Shown one piece after another: positions 20,231-31,505 of a stretch of 64,000 bases of DNA (position 1 is its first letter; each line of letters opens with the position of its first letter). The translations under genes and the position numbers were made by a program. Source of the DNA: Candidatus Omnitrophota bacterium (GTDB lineage Bacteria > Omnitrophota > Gorgyraeia > Gygaellales > Profunditerraquicolaceae); the NCBI GenBank assembly GCA_041651115.1, contig JBAZJY010000003.1, positions 270,252-334,251 of the forward strand, written 5' to 3'. Below the pieces are notes generated by a model. The model did not search any database. It was given only the letters and a program-made list of their open reading frames with translations, and was not told where the DNA came from.

Positions 20231-21883
20231 TTAACTTAAAATCGCTCCCTTATCTGCTGAACTTACCAACCTGGAATAACGTGCCAGATATCCTTTTTGG
20301 ATCTTCGGAGCTACCGGCTTCCAGTTTTTAAACCTTTTCTTTATCTCGGTGCCGGATAACCTGACTTCCAGCTTTCTGTTCGGGATATCAATAGTTATTA
20401 TATCATTATCTTTTAAAATCGCAATCGGACCTGACGAAGCTGCTTCCGGTGAAACATGCCCGATGCAGGGGCCTTTTGTGCCGCCGGAAAATCTTCCGTC
20501 AGTAATCAGGGCTACGGAATCAGCCAAGCCCATACCCACGATCGCCGCGGTTGGGGCAAGCATTTCGCGCATGCCCGGGCCGCCGGACGGGCCTTCGTAA
20601 CGAACTACGATAACGTCTCCGCTTTTGATCTTATTATTCAAGATCGCCTGCATGGCTTCTTCTTCGCGGTTAAATACTTTGGCCTTACCGGTAAACTTCA
20701 TCATTTTCTGGCTTACTGCCGCTTGCTTAACTACTGCGCCGTCAGGGGCAAGATTGCCATACAGGACCGCAATGCCGCCCTGCTGGTGATATGCGCGGTT
20801 AAACGGCCTGAGCACTTCTTCATCATAAATCACTGCCTCGTCGGCAATCTCAAAGATCTTCTTACCGTTTAAAGTCATTACATTATGCAACTTACCTTTT
20901 AATCTCTTTAACACCGCGGGTATGCCTCCGGCATATTCCAGATCCTCCATAAAATGCGGCCCCGCAGGCTCGATATTAGTAATATGCGGAGTATTTTTGC
21001 TGATCCGGTCAAATGTCTTCAGGTCCAACTTTATTCCTGCTTCATTGGCGATTGCCATCAGATGCAGCACGGTATTGCTTGAACCGCCAAGCGCCATATC
21101 CACGACGATCGCGTTTTCCAGCGAATCTTTAGTAATGATCTTGGACGGCGTAATATTATTCTTTACCAGCTCGACAATGCGCTCGCCGCTGGCCTGGGCA
21201 ATGCGCCGTTTCTTGGCAGATATTGCCAGGGCAGTGCCGCTTCCGGTTAAAGACATGCCCATTGTCTCGGTCAAACAAGCCATGGTATTTGCCGTATACA
21301 AACCCTGGCAGGAACCTGCTCCGGGGCAGGCCTCCATCTCAAGGCAGGACAATTCCGCGCCGGAGATCTCGCCTTTTTTGGCTTTTGCCACTGCTTCATA
21401 AGTATCGTGCACAAAAGCAAGTTTTCTCTGGTTATATCTTCCGGAGATCATTGGCCCGGCAGTAACAATTACCGCGGGAATATTTAAACGCGCGATACCC
21501 ATAAGCATACCGGGCGTGATCTTATCGCAATTGGTCAAACAAACAATACCGTCTAACTGATGCGCGTTACAAACCGTTTCAATAGTATCGGCAACGATCT
21601 CTCTTAATGCCATCGGATAACACATTCCCAAATGGCCCATGGCAATGCCGTCGCAAATGCCGGGGACGCCGAAGAAAAACGGCACTCCGCCGCCGTAACA
21701 GATGCCGCGTTCGATATACCTTTCCAGGTCGCGCATGCCGATGTGTCCGGGGATAAGATCGGTGAACGAACTGGCGACGCCGATGAACGGCCGCTTCAGG
21801 TCATTCCGGCTTAAACCCGTGGCATGTAAAAGCGCGCGGTGCGGGATACGTTCGATACCTTTCTTGATCTGGTCTGAGCGCAT
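20231..21883 (-). CDS. ilvD: Dihydroxy-acid dehydratase
   Basis: ILVD/EDD family; [11 protein letters not shown] and 2Fe-2S Cys ligands; start taken at [19 protein letters not shown] (internal Met of the 566-aa ORF) to avoid overlap with the upstream gene. Confidence 0.9.
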   Translation of the reverse strand: MRSDQIKKGIERIPHRALLHATGLSRNDLKRPFIGVASSFTDLIPGHIGMRDLERYIERGICYGGGVPFFFGVPGICDGIAMGHLGMCYPMALREIVADTIETVCNAHQLDGIVCLTNCDKITPGMLMGIARLNIPAVIVTAGPMISGRYNQRKLAFVHDTYEAVAKAKKGEISGAELSCLEMEACPGAGSCQGLYTANTMACLTETMGMSLTGSGTALAISAKKRRIAQASGERIVELVKNNITPSKIITKDSLENAIVVDMALGGSSNTVLHLMAIANEAGIKLDLKTFDRISKNTPHITNIEPAGPHFMEDLEYAGGIPAVLKRLKGKLHNVMTLNGKKIFEIADEAVIYDEEVLRPFNRAYHQQGGIAVLYGNLAPDGAVVKQAAVSQKMMKFTGKAKVFNREEEAMQAILNNKIKSGDVIVVRYEGPSGGPGMREMLAPTAAIVGMGLADSVALITDGRFSGGTKGPCIGHVSPEAASSGPIAILKDNDIITIDIPNRKLEVRLSGTEIKKRFKNWKPVAPKIQKGYLARYSRLVSSADKGAILS

Positions 21884-21884
21884 A

Positions 21885-23210
21885 TCAATCAGCTCCTTCT
21901 CCGTCGTGATGGATCTCTTTTGCCTCGTCACGCTTACGGCTGATCACTCTTTTTAAGGTAATATATTTATCCACCAGCTCTTTATTATTCACGGCATTCA
22001 GCTGCTTGAAGAGAAATTCGAATTTATTCTCGATCTCCGCGGCAATCGCGTCGCGTACGCTTTGCGCCAGGCCCATGATCTCTTTTTTAAAAGGCCCCAG
22101 CGCTTTCTTGCGCGATTTGTAGAAAAATTGTTCTTCGGTCTCCCCTTCTTTTTTCTCCCCAGCGGCATTGATTTTCAACCATTCATAGATCTTTGCTTTA
22201 AGTTCAGCCGGAAAATGTTTGCTCTCATAGATCATATTCTGGAATTCGGTTGCCAAATGCACTTCCGCGGTCTCGGTTTCAGGAAACTTATGGAAAGCCT
22301 CTGCCGGCAGCGTGGAAGCGCCATGCTGCACTGCTCCCGCCAAACCGAATTCATCACGCGCAAGCTTGGAGATATTCTTTAAAGTATCAAAATCAAGCTT
22401 TACCTGCGCTACTGTGCCGTCAGGAAGCACTACCCCGCCGTGCGAAGTGCCGGTCTGAATACTGATCTTGCTGATACCGGTACGGCCTTTGCGCAACCTG
22501 TCCTTGAAACCTCCCATGAACGCGCGCAGGTCTTCAGGCGTGGAATTCTTGCTGCCTACCTCTCCGATTTCTCCGCCTACGGAAACTTCGATGCCGGCCG
22601 GCTGGATCTGCCGGATGAACTGCGTCAGCTTGGCGCAGACTTCGTAATTATTAAACTGTTGTTTCTTAAGGTCTGTCTTGGATAGATCAACCAGCGTCGA
22701 AGAATCAATATCGATGTTATAGAAGCCTGCCTCGATCGCATCTTTGATCAATGCCTGCAGCGATTCCATTTCTTTATCGGGATTTTCCTGGTATTTCTTG
22801 GCGTTTGCCTGGAAATGGTCGCCCTGGACAAATACCGGGCCGCTCCAGCCTTCTTTGATCGCCGCTGCCAGGATCACGCTGGCGTATTCTATTGGCGGCT
22901 GAGCAGTATAACCCATTTCGGATTTGGCGATCTCAAAAATGAATGCCCCGGAATTATTTCTCTTGGCAACCCGGAAGATCGCCCGCGCCAGGTCATAGGT
23001 CATGCTCCGCAGATTTATCGCCGGCACGGTAAAGCCGCTGAATTCGCCCTTACCGCGCGCCATATACAGTTCGTGGATACTGGAAAGATAAATATTCTTT
23101 TTATAGGCAATGTCGGATATCTTTTTTGCCAGCGATCTTTTTACATTCATATCGTCGCTGTTAACCATCTCAAGCGCTATTTTTTCCACGTCCAACGGTC
23201 TTCTTCCCAT
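21885..23210 (-). CDS. Class II fructose/ketose-bisphosphate aldolase family protein (long type)
   Basis: Motifs in the order of class II aldolases: [28 protein letters not shown]...[17 protein letters not shown]. Confidence 0.6.
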   Translation of the reverse strand: MGRRPLDVEKIALEMVNSDDMNVKRSLAKKISDIAYKKNIYLSSIHELYMARGKGEFSGFTVPAINLRSMTYDLARAIFRVAKRNNSGAFIFEIAKSEMGYTAQPPIEYASVILAAAIKEGWSGPVFVQGDHFQANAKKYQENPDKEMESLQALIKDAIEAGFYNIDIDSSTLVDLSKTDLKKQQFNNYEVCAKLTQFIRQIQPAGIEVSVGGEIGEVGSKNSTPEDLRAFMGGFKDRLRKGRTGISKISIQTGTSHGGVVLPDGTVAQVKLDFDTLKNISKLARDEFGLAGAVQHGASTLPAEAFHKFPETETAEVHLATEFQNMIYESKHFPAELKAKIYEWLKINAAGEKKEGETEEQFFYKSRKKALGPFKKEIMGLAQSVRDAIAAEIENKFEFLFKQLNAVNNKELVDKYITLKRVISRKRDEAKEIHHDGEGAD

Positions 23211-23223
23211 GACAAGTATCCTC

Positions 23224-24183
23224 CTAGCTTAACTGTTTGATTAGACTATACATCCCTTCATAATTAAATTCTTTTTTGGCGATCGCGGTCTCAAAATCAA
23301 CCGTGAATAATTTACCCTGGGAAAGCCCGACTACTTTACGAGTTTCTCCGCGCAACAAACATTCTACTGCCGCTTTGCCGAGGCTAAGCGCCATATCGCG
23401 ACTGGCTGCCGTAGGCCGGCCGCCTCTTTGAATATGCCCTAAAACTACGGCCCGCGTTTCAAGGCTTGTCATCTCGTTTATTTTTTTGGCAATATCTTCG
23501 GCATGGCCCGCGCCCTCGGCCACGACAATGATCCAGCTGATCTTACCCCTTAAGTTGCCGTTGACGATATCATGGCAGATAACCTCAAGGTCAAACGGCT
23601 TCTCCGGTATAAGCGCTTCTTCGCAGCCGCCGGCAAGGGCAACGGTCAGGGCAATAAAACCGCAGTCCCTGCCCATTACCTCAACCACAAAAATACGTTC
23701 CATGGAAGTGGCGGTATCGCGAATATTATCAATGGCATCCAGCGCAGTGTTTACTGCCGTATCCACGCCTATGGTTATATTTATGCCGTTTACGTCATTA
23801 TCAATGGAAGCCGGTATACCAACACAAGGTATCCCATATTTCTTGCTAAAGATATTGGCGGCGGTAAAACTGCCATTTCCTCCGATAACTACCAAAGCGT
23901 CTATTTCATGTTTCTTTAATGTCTCGAACGCCCGCTTTTGCCCTTCGTCGGTATAAAACTCCGCGCAGCGGCCGGTCTTTAAGATCGTGCCGCCCTGATT
24001 AATGATCCCTGATACGGAACGATGGTTAAAGACCTTCAGTTCCTCATTGATCAGGCCCCACCAGCCGCGGAACACACCCCAGACTTCCAGCTTGCTATTG
24101 GTGCCGTAACGGACAACCGCGCGGATCGTCGCGTTCATTCCCGGGGCATCGCCGCCGGTAGTCAACACCGCAATTTTTTTCAT
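23224..24183 (-). CDS. pfkA: ATP-dependent 6-phosphofructokinase
   Basis: MKKIAVLTTGGDAPGMNATIRAVV; start at ATG 24183 (the ORF in the supplied track begins two codons earlier at a GTG). Confidence 0.9.
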   Translation of the reverse strand: MKKIAVLTTGGDAPGMNATIRAVVRYGTNSKLEVWGVFRGWWGLINEELKVFNHRSVSGIINQGGTILKTGRCAEFYTDEGQKRAFETLKKHEIDALVVIGGNGSFTAANIFSKKYGIPCVGIPASIDNDVNGINITIGVDTAVNTALDAIDNIRDTATSMERIFVVEVMGRDCGFIALTVALAGGCEEALIPEKPFDLEVICHDIVNGNLRGKISWIIVVAEGAGHAEDIAKKINEMTSLETRAVVLGHIQRGGRPTAASRDMALSLGKAAVECLLRGETRKVVGLSQGKLFTVDFETAIAKKEFNYEGMYSLIKQLS

Positions 24184-24194
24184 AATCACTCTTT

Positions 24195-24269
24195 AGGGAC
24201 GGTTCTTAACTCAAAGTTAAACTGTCCCCATAAAGGGGACACTTCTCCTTTAGTTTGAGAACCGTCCCT
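24195..24269. repeat. REP-like imperfect palindromic element, copy B
   Basis: agggacggttcttaactcaaagttaaactgtcccc ataaa ggggacacttctcctttagtttgagaaccgtccct; the same consensus arms as copy A; sits 4 nt after ahcY stop and 12 nt before pfkA ATG. Confidence 0.8.
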
Positions 24270-24273
24270 AAGC

Positions 24274-25530
24274 CTAGGTTCCCGATTCCCAGCTTGCCAG
24301 GTACTTTTCCTGCTCTTTGGTGAGAGCATCGATCTTAATACCCATTGATCTTAATTTAAGGTAAGCGATATTTTTGTCGATCGCTTCCGGAACGCTGAAA
24401 ACATTGTTTTCCAGTTTTCTATAGTTTTTAGCGATGTATTCGGCGCTCAATGCCTGGTTGGCAAACGACATGTCCATTACCTGCGCCGGATGGCCTTCGG
24501 CAGCAGCAAGGTTTACGAGCCTGCCCTCGCCTAAAAGATAGATCTTGCGGCCGTCTTTTAAGATATACTCATCGACAAAATCGCGGATGCGTTTTTTCGC
24601 CTTGCTCAATTTTTCCAATGCCGGGATATCCAGCTCAACGTTGAAATGTCCGGTGTTGGCAACGATCGCTCCGTCCTTCATCAAAATAAAATGCTCTTTG
24701 CGGATAATACTGGTATCTCCGGTGGATGTTACAAAGACATCGCCGGACTTTGCCGCTTCCTTGACCGGCATGACTTCATAGCCGTCCATGGTTGCTTCAA
24801 GGGCCCTGAGCGAATCCACTTCCACGACAGTCACTTTAGCGCCCATGCCTTTTGCGCGCATGGCCACGCCCCTGCCGCACCAGCCATATCCGCAGACAAC
24901 AAAATGAGAGCCTGCAAGAAGCTTATTCGTGGCGCGGATGATCCCGTCTATTGTAGACTGGCCTGTGCCGTAGCGATTATCAAATAAATGCTTGGTCTTG
25001 GCGTCATTAACGGCAATGATCGGATAGCGCATTTTTCCCTGGTTAGCCAGGGCGCGCAACCGGATCACGCCGGTAGTGGTCTCTTCGGTGCCGCCGATAA
25101 TATTGGCATGAGAGACAGCCGGCCGCTGATGGATCGCGCTGACCAGATCAGCGCCGTCGTCCATGGTAATATCCGGCTTGGTTGCCAGAGCCTGCTCAAG
25201 ATGACGGTAATAAGTTTTCGTATCCTCCCCTTTGATCGAGAATACGGAGATTTTAAGATGCTTGACCAAAGACGCAGCCACATCGTCTTGAGTTGACAAT
25301 GGATTGGAAGCGCATAATGATACTTCCGCGCCGCCAATTTTTAAGACCTCCATTAAAGCCGCGGTCTCGGTGGTAACATGCAGACAAGCAGCTAATTTCA
25401 AGCCTTTCAGAGGCCTCTCTTTACCGAACTTTTTGGCGATTAATCCTAAAACAGGCATGTTATTGCGCGCCCATTCGATACGCAAAGCTCCTTTTTCCGC
25501 TAATCTCATATCTTTGATATCATACTTCAT
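24274..25530 (-). CDS. ahcY: Adenosylhomocysteinase
   Basis: 418 aa; SAHH family with NAD-binding [10 protein letters not shown]. Confidence 0.95.
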   Translation of the reverse strand: MKYDIKDMRLAEKGALRIEWARNNMPVLGLIAKKFGKERPLKGLKLAACLHVTTETAALMEVLKIGGAEVSLCASNPLSTQDDVAASLVKHLKISVFSIKGEDTKTYYRHLEQALATKPDITMDDGADLVSAIHQRPAVSHANIIGGTEETTTGVIRLRALANQGKMRYPIIAVNDAKTKHLFDNRYGTGQSTIDGIIRATNKLLAGSHFVVCGYGWCGRGVAMRAKGMGAKVTVVEVDSLRALEATMDGYEVMPVKEAAKSGDVFVTSTGDTSIIRKEHFILMKDGAIVANTGHFNVELDIPALEKLSKAKKRIRDFVDEYILKDGRKIYLLGEGRLVNLAAAEGHPAQVMDMSFANQALSAEYIAKNYRKLENNVFSVPEAIDKNIAYLKLRSMGIKIDALTKEQEKYLASWESGT

Positions 25531-25560
25531 GATATATTATCCTCTCTTGGTTACGTTATT

Positions 25561-25668
25561 AGGTTAAGGTTAAGAAGCCAGTATGGTAAATAGGTTAGGG
25601 TTAAGTATCAATGTCCTAACCTTAACCCCTAAACCATACCGGCATCCTGACCTTAACCTTAACCCTAG
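25561..25668 (-). other. Long imperfect hairpin built from GGTTA(A/G)GG telomere-like repeats in the metK-ahcY spacer
   Basis: taggttaaggttaag...ggtaaataggttagggttaag / cttaacccctaaaccatacc...ccttaaccttaaccctag are mutually complementary; no ORF. Confidence 0.6.
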
Positions 25669-25669
25669 C

Positions 25670-26839
25670 CTACAGTCTCGCCGCTTGCTTCTTTAGCGCC
25701 GCCGCCTTCTCGGTGCTCTCCCAGCTGAACTCAGGCTCAGTCCTGCCGAAATGGCCGTAGCAGGCGGTCTTCATATAGATCGGCCTTAAAAGATCCAGGT
25801 CGCGGATCATGCCTTTGGGCGTAAGGTCGAAATTTTCTCTGATTAATTTTACGAACGCAGCTTCCGAAAGTTTTCCGGTCCCGAATGTATCGACCATAAT
25901 CGCTAAGGGATCGGCTTTCCCGATTACATAAGCAACATGGATCAGGCATTTATCGGCGAGCCCGGCTGCGACGATGTTTTTGGCAATGTACCTTGCCATA
26001 TAAGCAGCTGAACGGTCCACTTTTGTCGGGTCCTTCCCGGAAAAAGCGCCGCCGCCCGGAGCAGCTACGCCGCCGTAGGTATCCACGACGATCTTCCTAC
26101 CGGTCATTCCGGTATCAGACTGCGGGCCGCCAACGACAAATTTGCCGGTTTCATTCACGTAATATTTTGTGTCTTTATCAAGATATTCCTTTAATATCGG
26201 CTTGGCGATCACGTCGATAAATTCCTGCCGCGCCTTCTTGGTGATCATTTCACCCGTGGAATCAAGTATCTCATCGGTATGCTGACAGGCAAGGACCACG
26301 GAATCAACCCTTTTGGGTGTGCCGTCGTGATATTCCACGGAAACTTGAGACTTACAATCCGGTCCGAGGTATTTTAAAGTGCCTTTTCTCCTGACCTCTG
26401 CCATGCGGCTAACGAGCTTATGGGAAAGCATGATCGGAAGCGGCATCAGTTCCGGGGTTTCCTTGCAGGCATAACCCACCATAAAACCCTGGTCTCCGGC
26501 GCCGCCCTTGTCCACTCCCTGGGCAATATCCGGCGACTGGCAATTGATCGTGTTGATGATCGCGCAGGTATGATAATCAAAACCGTATTTGGGATGGGTA
26601 TAACCTATTCCTTCTATGATCTTGCGGGCGAGCCTCTGGATATCCACGTAAGCAGTAGTAGTGATCTCGCCGCCAACGATCAAAAGGCCCATGGTAACGT
26701 ATGTTTCACAGGCTACCCTGCCGTAAGGATCCTGCCTAAGTACCTCATCCAGCACTCCGTCGGAAATCTGGTCGCAAACTTTATCCGGATGCCCTTCGCC
26801 AACTGATTCAGAAGTAAAAAAATGTTTACGCGTTGCCAT
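25670..26839 (-). CDS. metK: S-adenosylmethionine synthetase
   Basis: [27 protein letters not shown] and GGGAFSGKD motifs. Confidence 0.95.
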   Translation of the reverse strand: MATRKHFFTSESVGEGHPDKVCDQISDGVLDEVLRQDPYGRVACETYVTMGLLIVGGEITTTAYVDIQRLARKIIEGIGYTHPKYGFDYHTCAIINTINCQSPDIAQGVDKGGAGDQGFMVGYACKETPELMPLPIMLSHKLVSRMAEVRRKGTLKYLGPDCKSQVSVEYHDGTPKRVDSVVLACQHTDEILDSTGEMITKKARQEFIDVIAKPILKEYLDKDTKYYVNETGKFVVGGPQSDTGMTGRKIVVDTYGGVAAPGGGAFSGKDPTKVDRSAAYMARYIAKNIVAAGLADKCLIHVAYVIGKADPLAIMVDTFGTGKLSEAAFVKLIRENFDLTPKGMIRDLDLLRPIYMKTACYGHFGRTEPEFSWESTEKAAALKKQAARL

Positions 26840-26859
26840 TTGCTTTTTTACCCTCCCCA

Positions 26860-27594
26860 TTAGAAATTGTTTTTTGCCTTGTCATAAAATTTACGGTCTC
26901 CGATATCATACCAATGCCCGCCGAATACAAAACTGTAAACCGGATCTTTCCGGCGCAGCCAGTCTATATAAAAACCCGTTGCGTCGCTTTTATGCGCCCT
27001 GGACCTCAAGTATTGCCCGATCCGCTTTACTTTGGATTTGGGAAAATAATAAAGGCACATTGCCACAAGCGTCGACTTAGGCGCTTTAGGTTTCTCTTTA
27101 AAATCGGTTATCCGGTTTTTTTTGTTGATCCTGATGACGCCGTATTTATCCGCCTGGCGGATGTCTTTTATATCGTAGGCGCCGATCACCGGGTGCGGCT
27201 TATTTGCCTCGGCAAACGCGCAGAAAGCCGACAGGTCACCGTCAAAAATATTATCACCTCCGATGACCAGGAGATCGTCATTGATACGTTTCTTATTTAT
27301 GGCGAAATCCATATCCCCGATCGCCCCGCGCTTATCTTCGTTAGACTTGGTCAGGTCATCGACCAGGCTGATGCGTATATTAGGCTTTAATCCGGATAGC
27401 CACTTCCGGAACCGGGAAATGAACCTGCTGTTTGTCACAACGATGATCTCATCGATCTCCGGCACAAGCGCAAGCTTGGCAATGATATGCTCGATGATCG
27501 GTTTCTTGCCGACCTTAAGCAAAGGCTTGGGGAAATCCTTAGTCAAAGGATAAAGCCTTACGGCGTAGCCCGCGGCAAGGATCAATGCCTTCAT
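26860..27594 (-). CDS. Sugar-phosphate nucleotidyltransferase (NTP_transferase family)
   Basis: [18 protein letters not shown]...KPLL N-terminal glycine-rich nucleotidyltransferase signature; 244 aa. Confidence 0.6.
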   Translation of the reverse strand: MKALILAAGYAVRLYPLTKDFPKPLLKVGKKPIIEHIIAKLALVPEIDEIIVVTNSRFISRFRKWLSGLKPNIRISLVDDLTKSNEDKRGAIGDMDFAINKKRINDDLLVIGGDNIFDGDLSAFCAFAEANKPHPVIGAYDIKDIRQADKYGVIRINKKNRITDFKEKPKAPKSTLVAMCLYYFPKSKVKRIGQYLRSRAHKSDATGFYIDWLRRKDPVYSFVFGGHWYDIGDRKFYDKAKNNF

Positions 27595-27601
27595 TGCTGC
27601 C

Positions 27602-29335
27602 TCACCCTATAATCCCTCTTAATTTACCTTGAAGATACTCTTCCACTTCCCTGCCGGTAGCCAGCTTCAAGGCCTGCATTGCGATCTCCTGCGCCTGAGC
27701 AGTAGTCACCGAACGGACAATATACTTTATTTCCGGAATAACAAAAGGCGGCATGCTGAATTCATCAAGGCCCAGGCCTAAAAGCATGAGCACAAATGCC
27801 GGTTCGCCTGCCATTTCTCCGCACATCCCGACCTTGATGCCGGCCTGATGCGCGGAATCAATTACGCTTTTGACCATACGCAGCACCGCCGGGTGCGACG
27901 GTTCATAAAGATAGGCAACTTTTTCATTCGTGCGGTCCACTGCCAAAGAATACTGGATCAGGTCATTAGTGCCGATACTGAAAAAATCTGCGTGCCGCGC
28001 CAAGAGATCGGCGGTAAGCGCTGCCGAAGGGACTTCGATCATCGCGCCGACCTTGATGTCGTCGTTAAACGGTACGCCTTTCTTCCTCAATTCCGCTTTT
28101 GCTTCCTCTAATATCTTATTTGCCTGTATTAATTCATCTATCCCGGAGATCATCGGATACATAAGCTTGAGCTTGCCGTGCGCTGACGCGCGCAGTATCG
28201 CCCTTAACTGTATCTTGAACACGTCCGGGCGGGCAAGGCAAAAGCGGATCGCCCGCCATCCCAGGAACGGCCGCATTTCAGACGGGATCTCAAGCTGCGA
28301 AAGGAATTTATCGCCGCCCAGGTCCAGGGTACGGATGATCACCTCATACGGTTTCATTTCTTCCGCAACGTACTTATACGCCTGATAGTGTTCTTCTTCG
28401 GAAGGCAAATCCTTGCGGTTCATATAGAAAAATTCCGTGCGGTAAAGGCCGATGCCCTGGCCTCCGTGCATGCGTATCGCAGGTATCTCTTCCGGTAATT
28501 CAATGTTGGCGCTTATGTCAACCGACTTGCCATCGGTGGTAACAGCAGGCAGGTCCTTCACCGACATAAAACGCTCGGTAATGCCTTTTAGTTTCTTTTC
28601 CGCTTCCCAGTAACTGTTTAAGGTATCATTGTCCGGGTCGATGATCACGATGCCCATTGCGCCGTCAATGATCAAAGTATCTCCGGTCTTGATCCGGGAT
28701 GTCGCTTCTTCAAGGCCCACGACCGCGGGTATCTCAAGCGATTTGGCCATGATCGCGGTATGCGAAGTTTTTCCGCCGATATCGGTGACAAAGGCGCAGA
28801 CATTCTGCTTGTGCATTGCCGCGGTATCCGAAGGCGAGATGTCGTGCGCCACAACCACGACCCTTTCCTTTAAATCCTCGAACCCCTTGCGTTCTTTGCC
28901 CAGGAGGTTGCGCAGCACGCGCTTGCCTACGTCATTGACGTCGGCAGTGCGCTCTTTAAGATACTCGTCTTCGATTTTGGAAAAAACATCGATATATTTT
29001 TTCAAGACCTCGGAAAAAATGTAAGCTACGCAAAGCCGCTCTTTCTTAAGCCGCGAAATGACTTCCTCGATGAGCATGCGGTCCTCAAGGACTAAAAGGT
29101 GGGCGTCGAATATCTGCGCTTCTTCCTGCCCGAGGTCGGTTGCGATCTTCTTCTGGAGCTCAATGATCTCTTTGCGCGTCTTGATCAGCGCTTCCTCAAA
29201 GAGCTGGATCTGCAGGGGGATATCGCTTTCCTGTATGTTCTCCTTGGAGACGACAATATCCTCTTTGCCGATCTTGTATGCCGGGCCGATACTTATGCCC
29301 GCAGCCGCTCCAATGCCTTTTAATTTTATCATCAT
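27602..29335 (-). CDS. ptsI: Phosphoenolpyruvate-protein phosphotransferase (PTS enzyme I)
   Basis: 577 aa; PEP-utilising-enzyme domains; catalytic His region GGKTSHTAIMAKSLEIPAVVG. Confidence 0.95.
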   Translation of the reverse strand: MMIKLKGIGAAAGISIGPAYKIGKEDIVVSKENIQESDIPLQIQLFEEALIKTRKEIIELQKKIATDLGQEEAQIFDAHLLVLEDRMLIEEVISRLKKERLCVAYIFSEVLKKYIDVFSKIEDEYLKERTADVNDVGKRVLRNLLGKERKGFEDLKERVVVVAHDISPSDTAAMHKQNVCAFVTDIGGKTSHTAIMAKSLEIPAVVGLEEATSRIKTGDTLIIDGAMGIVIIDPDNDTLNSYWEAEKKLKGITERFMSVKDLPAVTTDGKSVDISANIELPEEIPAIRMHGGQGIGLYRTEFFYMNRKDLPSEEEHYQAYKYVAEEMKPYEVIIRTLDLGGDKFLSQLEIPSEMRPFLGWRAIRFCLARPDVFKIQLRAILRASAHGKLKLMYPMISGIDELIQANKILEEAKAELRKKGVPFNDDIKVGAMIEVPSAALTADLLARHADFFSIGTNDLIQYSLAVDRTNEKVAYLYEPSHPAVLRMVKSVIDSAHQAGIKVGMCGEMAGEPAFVLMLLGLGLDEFSMPPFVIPEIKYIVRSVTTAQAQEIAMQALKLATGREVEEYLQGKLRGIIG

Positions 29336-29343
29336 CTTAATGC

Positions 29344-29607
29344 CTACTCTTCGCTAGTTACCAGTTTTTCCAATTCCACTATCGCCAAATGCGCGTCATC
29401 GCCTTCCGCTTCGATTACGATCTCGCTGTCTTTTTCCGCGCCGAGCATAAGGATACCCATGATCGACTTCCCGTTGACTTTCTCTTCATCGCGGATGACG
29501 GTAATGCGGGAATCGAATTTATTGGCGACCTGAACGAATAAAGCCGCGGGCCGCGCATGCAGCCCCTGCTTGTTTTTTACGGTTAATTGTTTTCTTACCA
29601 GGGCCAT
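29344..29607 (-). CDS. ptsH: Phosphocarrier protein HPr
   Basis: 87 aa; His15 region KQGLHARPAA; Ser46 region. Confidence 0.9.
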   Translation of the reverse strand: MALVRKQLTVKNKQGLHARPAALFVQVANKFDSRITVIRDEEKVNGKSIMGILMLGAEKDSEIVIEAEGDDAHLAIVELEKLVTSEE

Positions 29608-29621
29608 TGTTCTTTCCTGTA

Positions 29622-30896
29622 TTATATCTCTTCGATTACCCCAAAAATTATCTTTGCCAGCTTCACGGGGTCATGCCTGATTACGTCGTCGGTGATCACA
29701 ATGTCGTCCTCGATCACCCGATAACCCATATTCTCAATGTTCTTCGTGTCGTTGATCACAGGATAAGAATCTTCCTGCGCGTAACGCTTCAGTATAGAGC
29801 TGGAGATCTCTCCGGTATTTAAAATACAGTAATCCAGGACGCGCGGATGCGCGTGGGCGATCAACCCCCGGATATGATTGGAGGCGCGATAGCCGTCTGT
29901 CTCTCCGGGCTGGGTCATCGCGTTGCACACGTACACCTTGATCGCCTGCGATTTTACAAGCGCGTCGGTAATGTCTTTTATCAAAAGGTTCGGTATAATG
30001 CTGGTATAAAGCGAGCCCGGGCCAAGCACAATCACCTGGGCTTCTTCGATCGCCCTTATTGCCTCGGGTGTGGCCTGCGAATCTCTAGGCTCCAGCGTCA
30101 CGCGTTTTATCGGCATATGCGCCTTCGGGATATTGTCTTCTCCCTTAGCGGTTGAGCCATCATGATATTCCGCCACCAGCGTCACGTTATTTAAAGTTGA
30201 AGGTATGACCTGCCCGCGCAAGGCAAGTACTTTACTGGTTTCTTTTATCGCCTTTTCAAAATCTCCGGTAAGCTGCGTCATTACGGTAATAAAAAGGTTG
30301 CCAAAATTATGCCCGGAAAACTCCGAGCCCTTTTCAAACCTGAACTGGAACAGGTCGCGCATCAAGGTTGAGGCATCGGCAAGCGCGACAAGGCAGTTAC
30401 GGATATCACCCGGAGGCAATATATCAAACTGCTGCCTTAATCTGCCGGATGAACCTCCGTCGTCGGCAACCGTAACGATCGCCGTAATATTGGAGGTGTA
30501 TTCCTTTAATCCTTCAAGCAGCACGGACAATCCGGTGCCGCCGCCGATAGTAACAATCCTTGCCCCCCTGCCCAGCTGGCTCCTGTGATAAAGGATATCT
30601 ACCAGTTCCGAGCCCTTGGAAGAAGGGATAAAGGCATTAATGATCGAACGGATGATCCGCTTAATGCCGAGTATTAAAATGATAATGCCGGAAGCTACGA
30701 TTATTTCGTCTAATGTGCGAATCAACCAGAATTGCTGGTCGCGCAAGTGGCCGATGCCGTTAACAACAAGCGCAAAGCCAAAAATACCCAGGACGATCCA
30801 GCGCTTTACGCCGATACCCGGATAAAGCCACTTGGCTACGCCCTTGAACCTGCCGGGAGCGAATACCTTGCTGTTCGGGTTAAACTTTCTTTTCAT
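29622..30896 (-). CDS. YvcK/CofD-like (UPF0052, gluconeogenesis factor family) protein with about 100-aa N-terminal transmembrane extension
   Basis: Core IVTIGGGTGLSVLL...ADDGGSSGRLR; two predicted TM helices at the N-terminus. Confidence 0.75.
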   Translation of the reverse strand: MKRKFNPNSKVFAPGRFKGVAKWLYPGIGVKRWIVLGIFGFALVVNGIGHLRDQQFWLIRTLDEIIVASGIIILILGIKRIIRSIINAFIPSSKGSELVDILYHRSQLGRGARIVTIGGGTGLSVLLEGLKEYTSNITAIVTVADDGGSSGRLRQQFDILPPGDIRNCLVALADASTLMRDLFQFRFEKGSEFSGHNFGNLFITVMTQLTGDFEKAIKETSKVLALRGQVIPSTLNNVTLVAEYHDGSTAKGEDNIPKAHMPIKRVTLEPRDSQATPEAIRAIEEAQVIVLGPGSLYTSIIPNLLIKDITDALVKSQAIKVYVCNAMTQPGETDGYRASNHIRGLIAHAHPRVLDYCILNTGEISSSILKRYAQEDSYPVINDTKNIENMGYRVIEDDIVITDDVIRHDPVKLAKIIFGVIEEI

Positions 30897-31350
30897 CTTC
30901 CTGGCTGATTATGTTTATTACGCTTGCTGAGTCTTCGCAGTTGCGCAGGCTGTCGCGGAAATATTTGTCTTTCAATAAACGGGAGATGCGCGCAAGGGCT
31001 TTAAGGTGCGGGCCGGCAGAATCCTGAGGAGCAACCAAAAGAAAAAATATGTGCGCCGGCTCACCGTCTAAAGAATCAAAATCCACTCCGCGCTTAGAAA
31101 GGCCAAAGGCAGCTACCAGCTTTTCCACACAATCGCTTTTGGCATGCGGTATGGCAACCGCCTGGCCGATGGCAGTGGAACCCAAAGCTTCCCTGGCCAT
31201 AAGTGCATCAATAAGCTTGGCGCGATTACGCTTATCTATGTCAGAGGCATTGATCAGGGAATCTACCAGCTCCTTGATCACATCCTCTTTTTTGGTAGAT
31301 TTAATATCTGTGACTATCGCGTTTGTTGACAAGAAATCGGTGATCTTCAT
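30880..31350 (-). CDS. ptsN: PTS EIIA-Ntr-type (fructose-family IIA) nitrogen regulatory protein
   Basis: 156 aa; phosphorylatable His in AIPHAKSD. Confidence 0.8.
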   Translation of the reverse strand: MKITDFLSTNAIVTDIKSTKKEDVIKELVDSLINASDIDKRNRAKLIDALMAREALGSTAIGQAVAIPHAKSDCVEKLVAAFGLSKRGVDFDSLDGEPAHIFFLLVAPQDSAGPHLKALARISRLLKDKYFRDSLRNCEDSASVINIISQEDEKKV

Positions 31351-31395
31351 GACGGTTCTCTCCTTTTTAATAAATACCGCGGGGCGGGTGAAAAA

Positions 31396-31473
<78 letters not shown>

Positions 31474-31505
31474 CATACTCGCTATTGCTTCTGTCAATTA
31501 AGTGG

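Noticed and set aside
25531-25669. SAH riboswitch upstream of ahcY
   Set aside because: The context fits, but the sequence is a simple long hairpin of GGTTAGGG-like repeats without a recognisable SAH-riboswitch pseudoknot core. It is reported as an uncharacterised hairpin instead.
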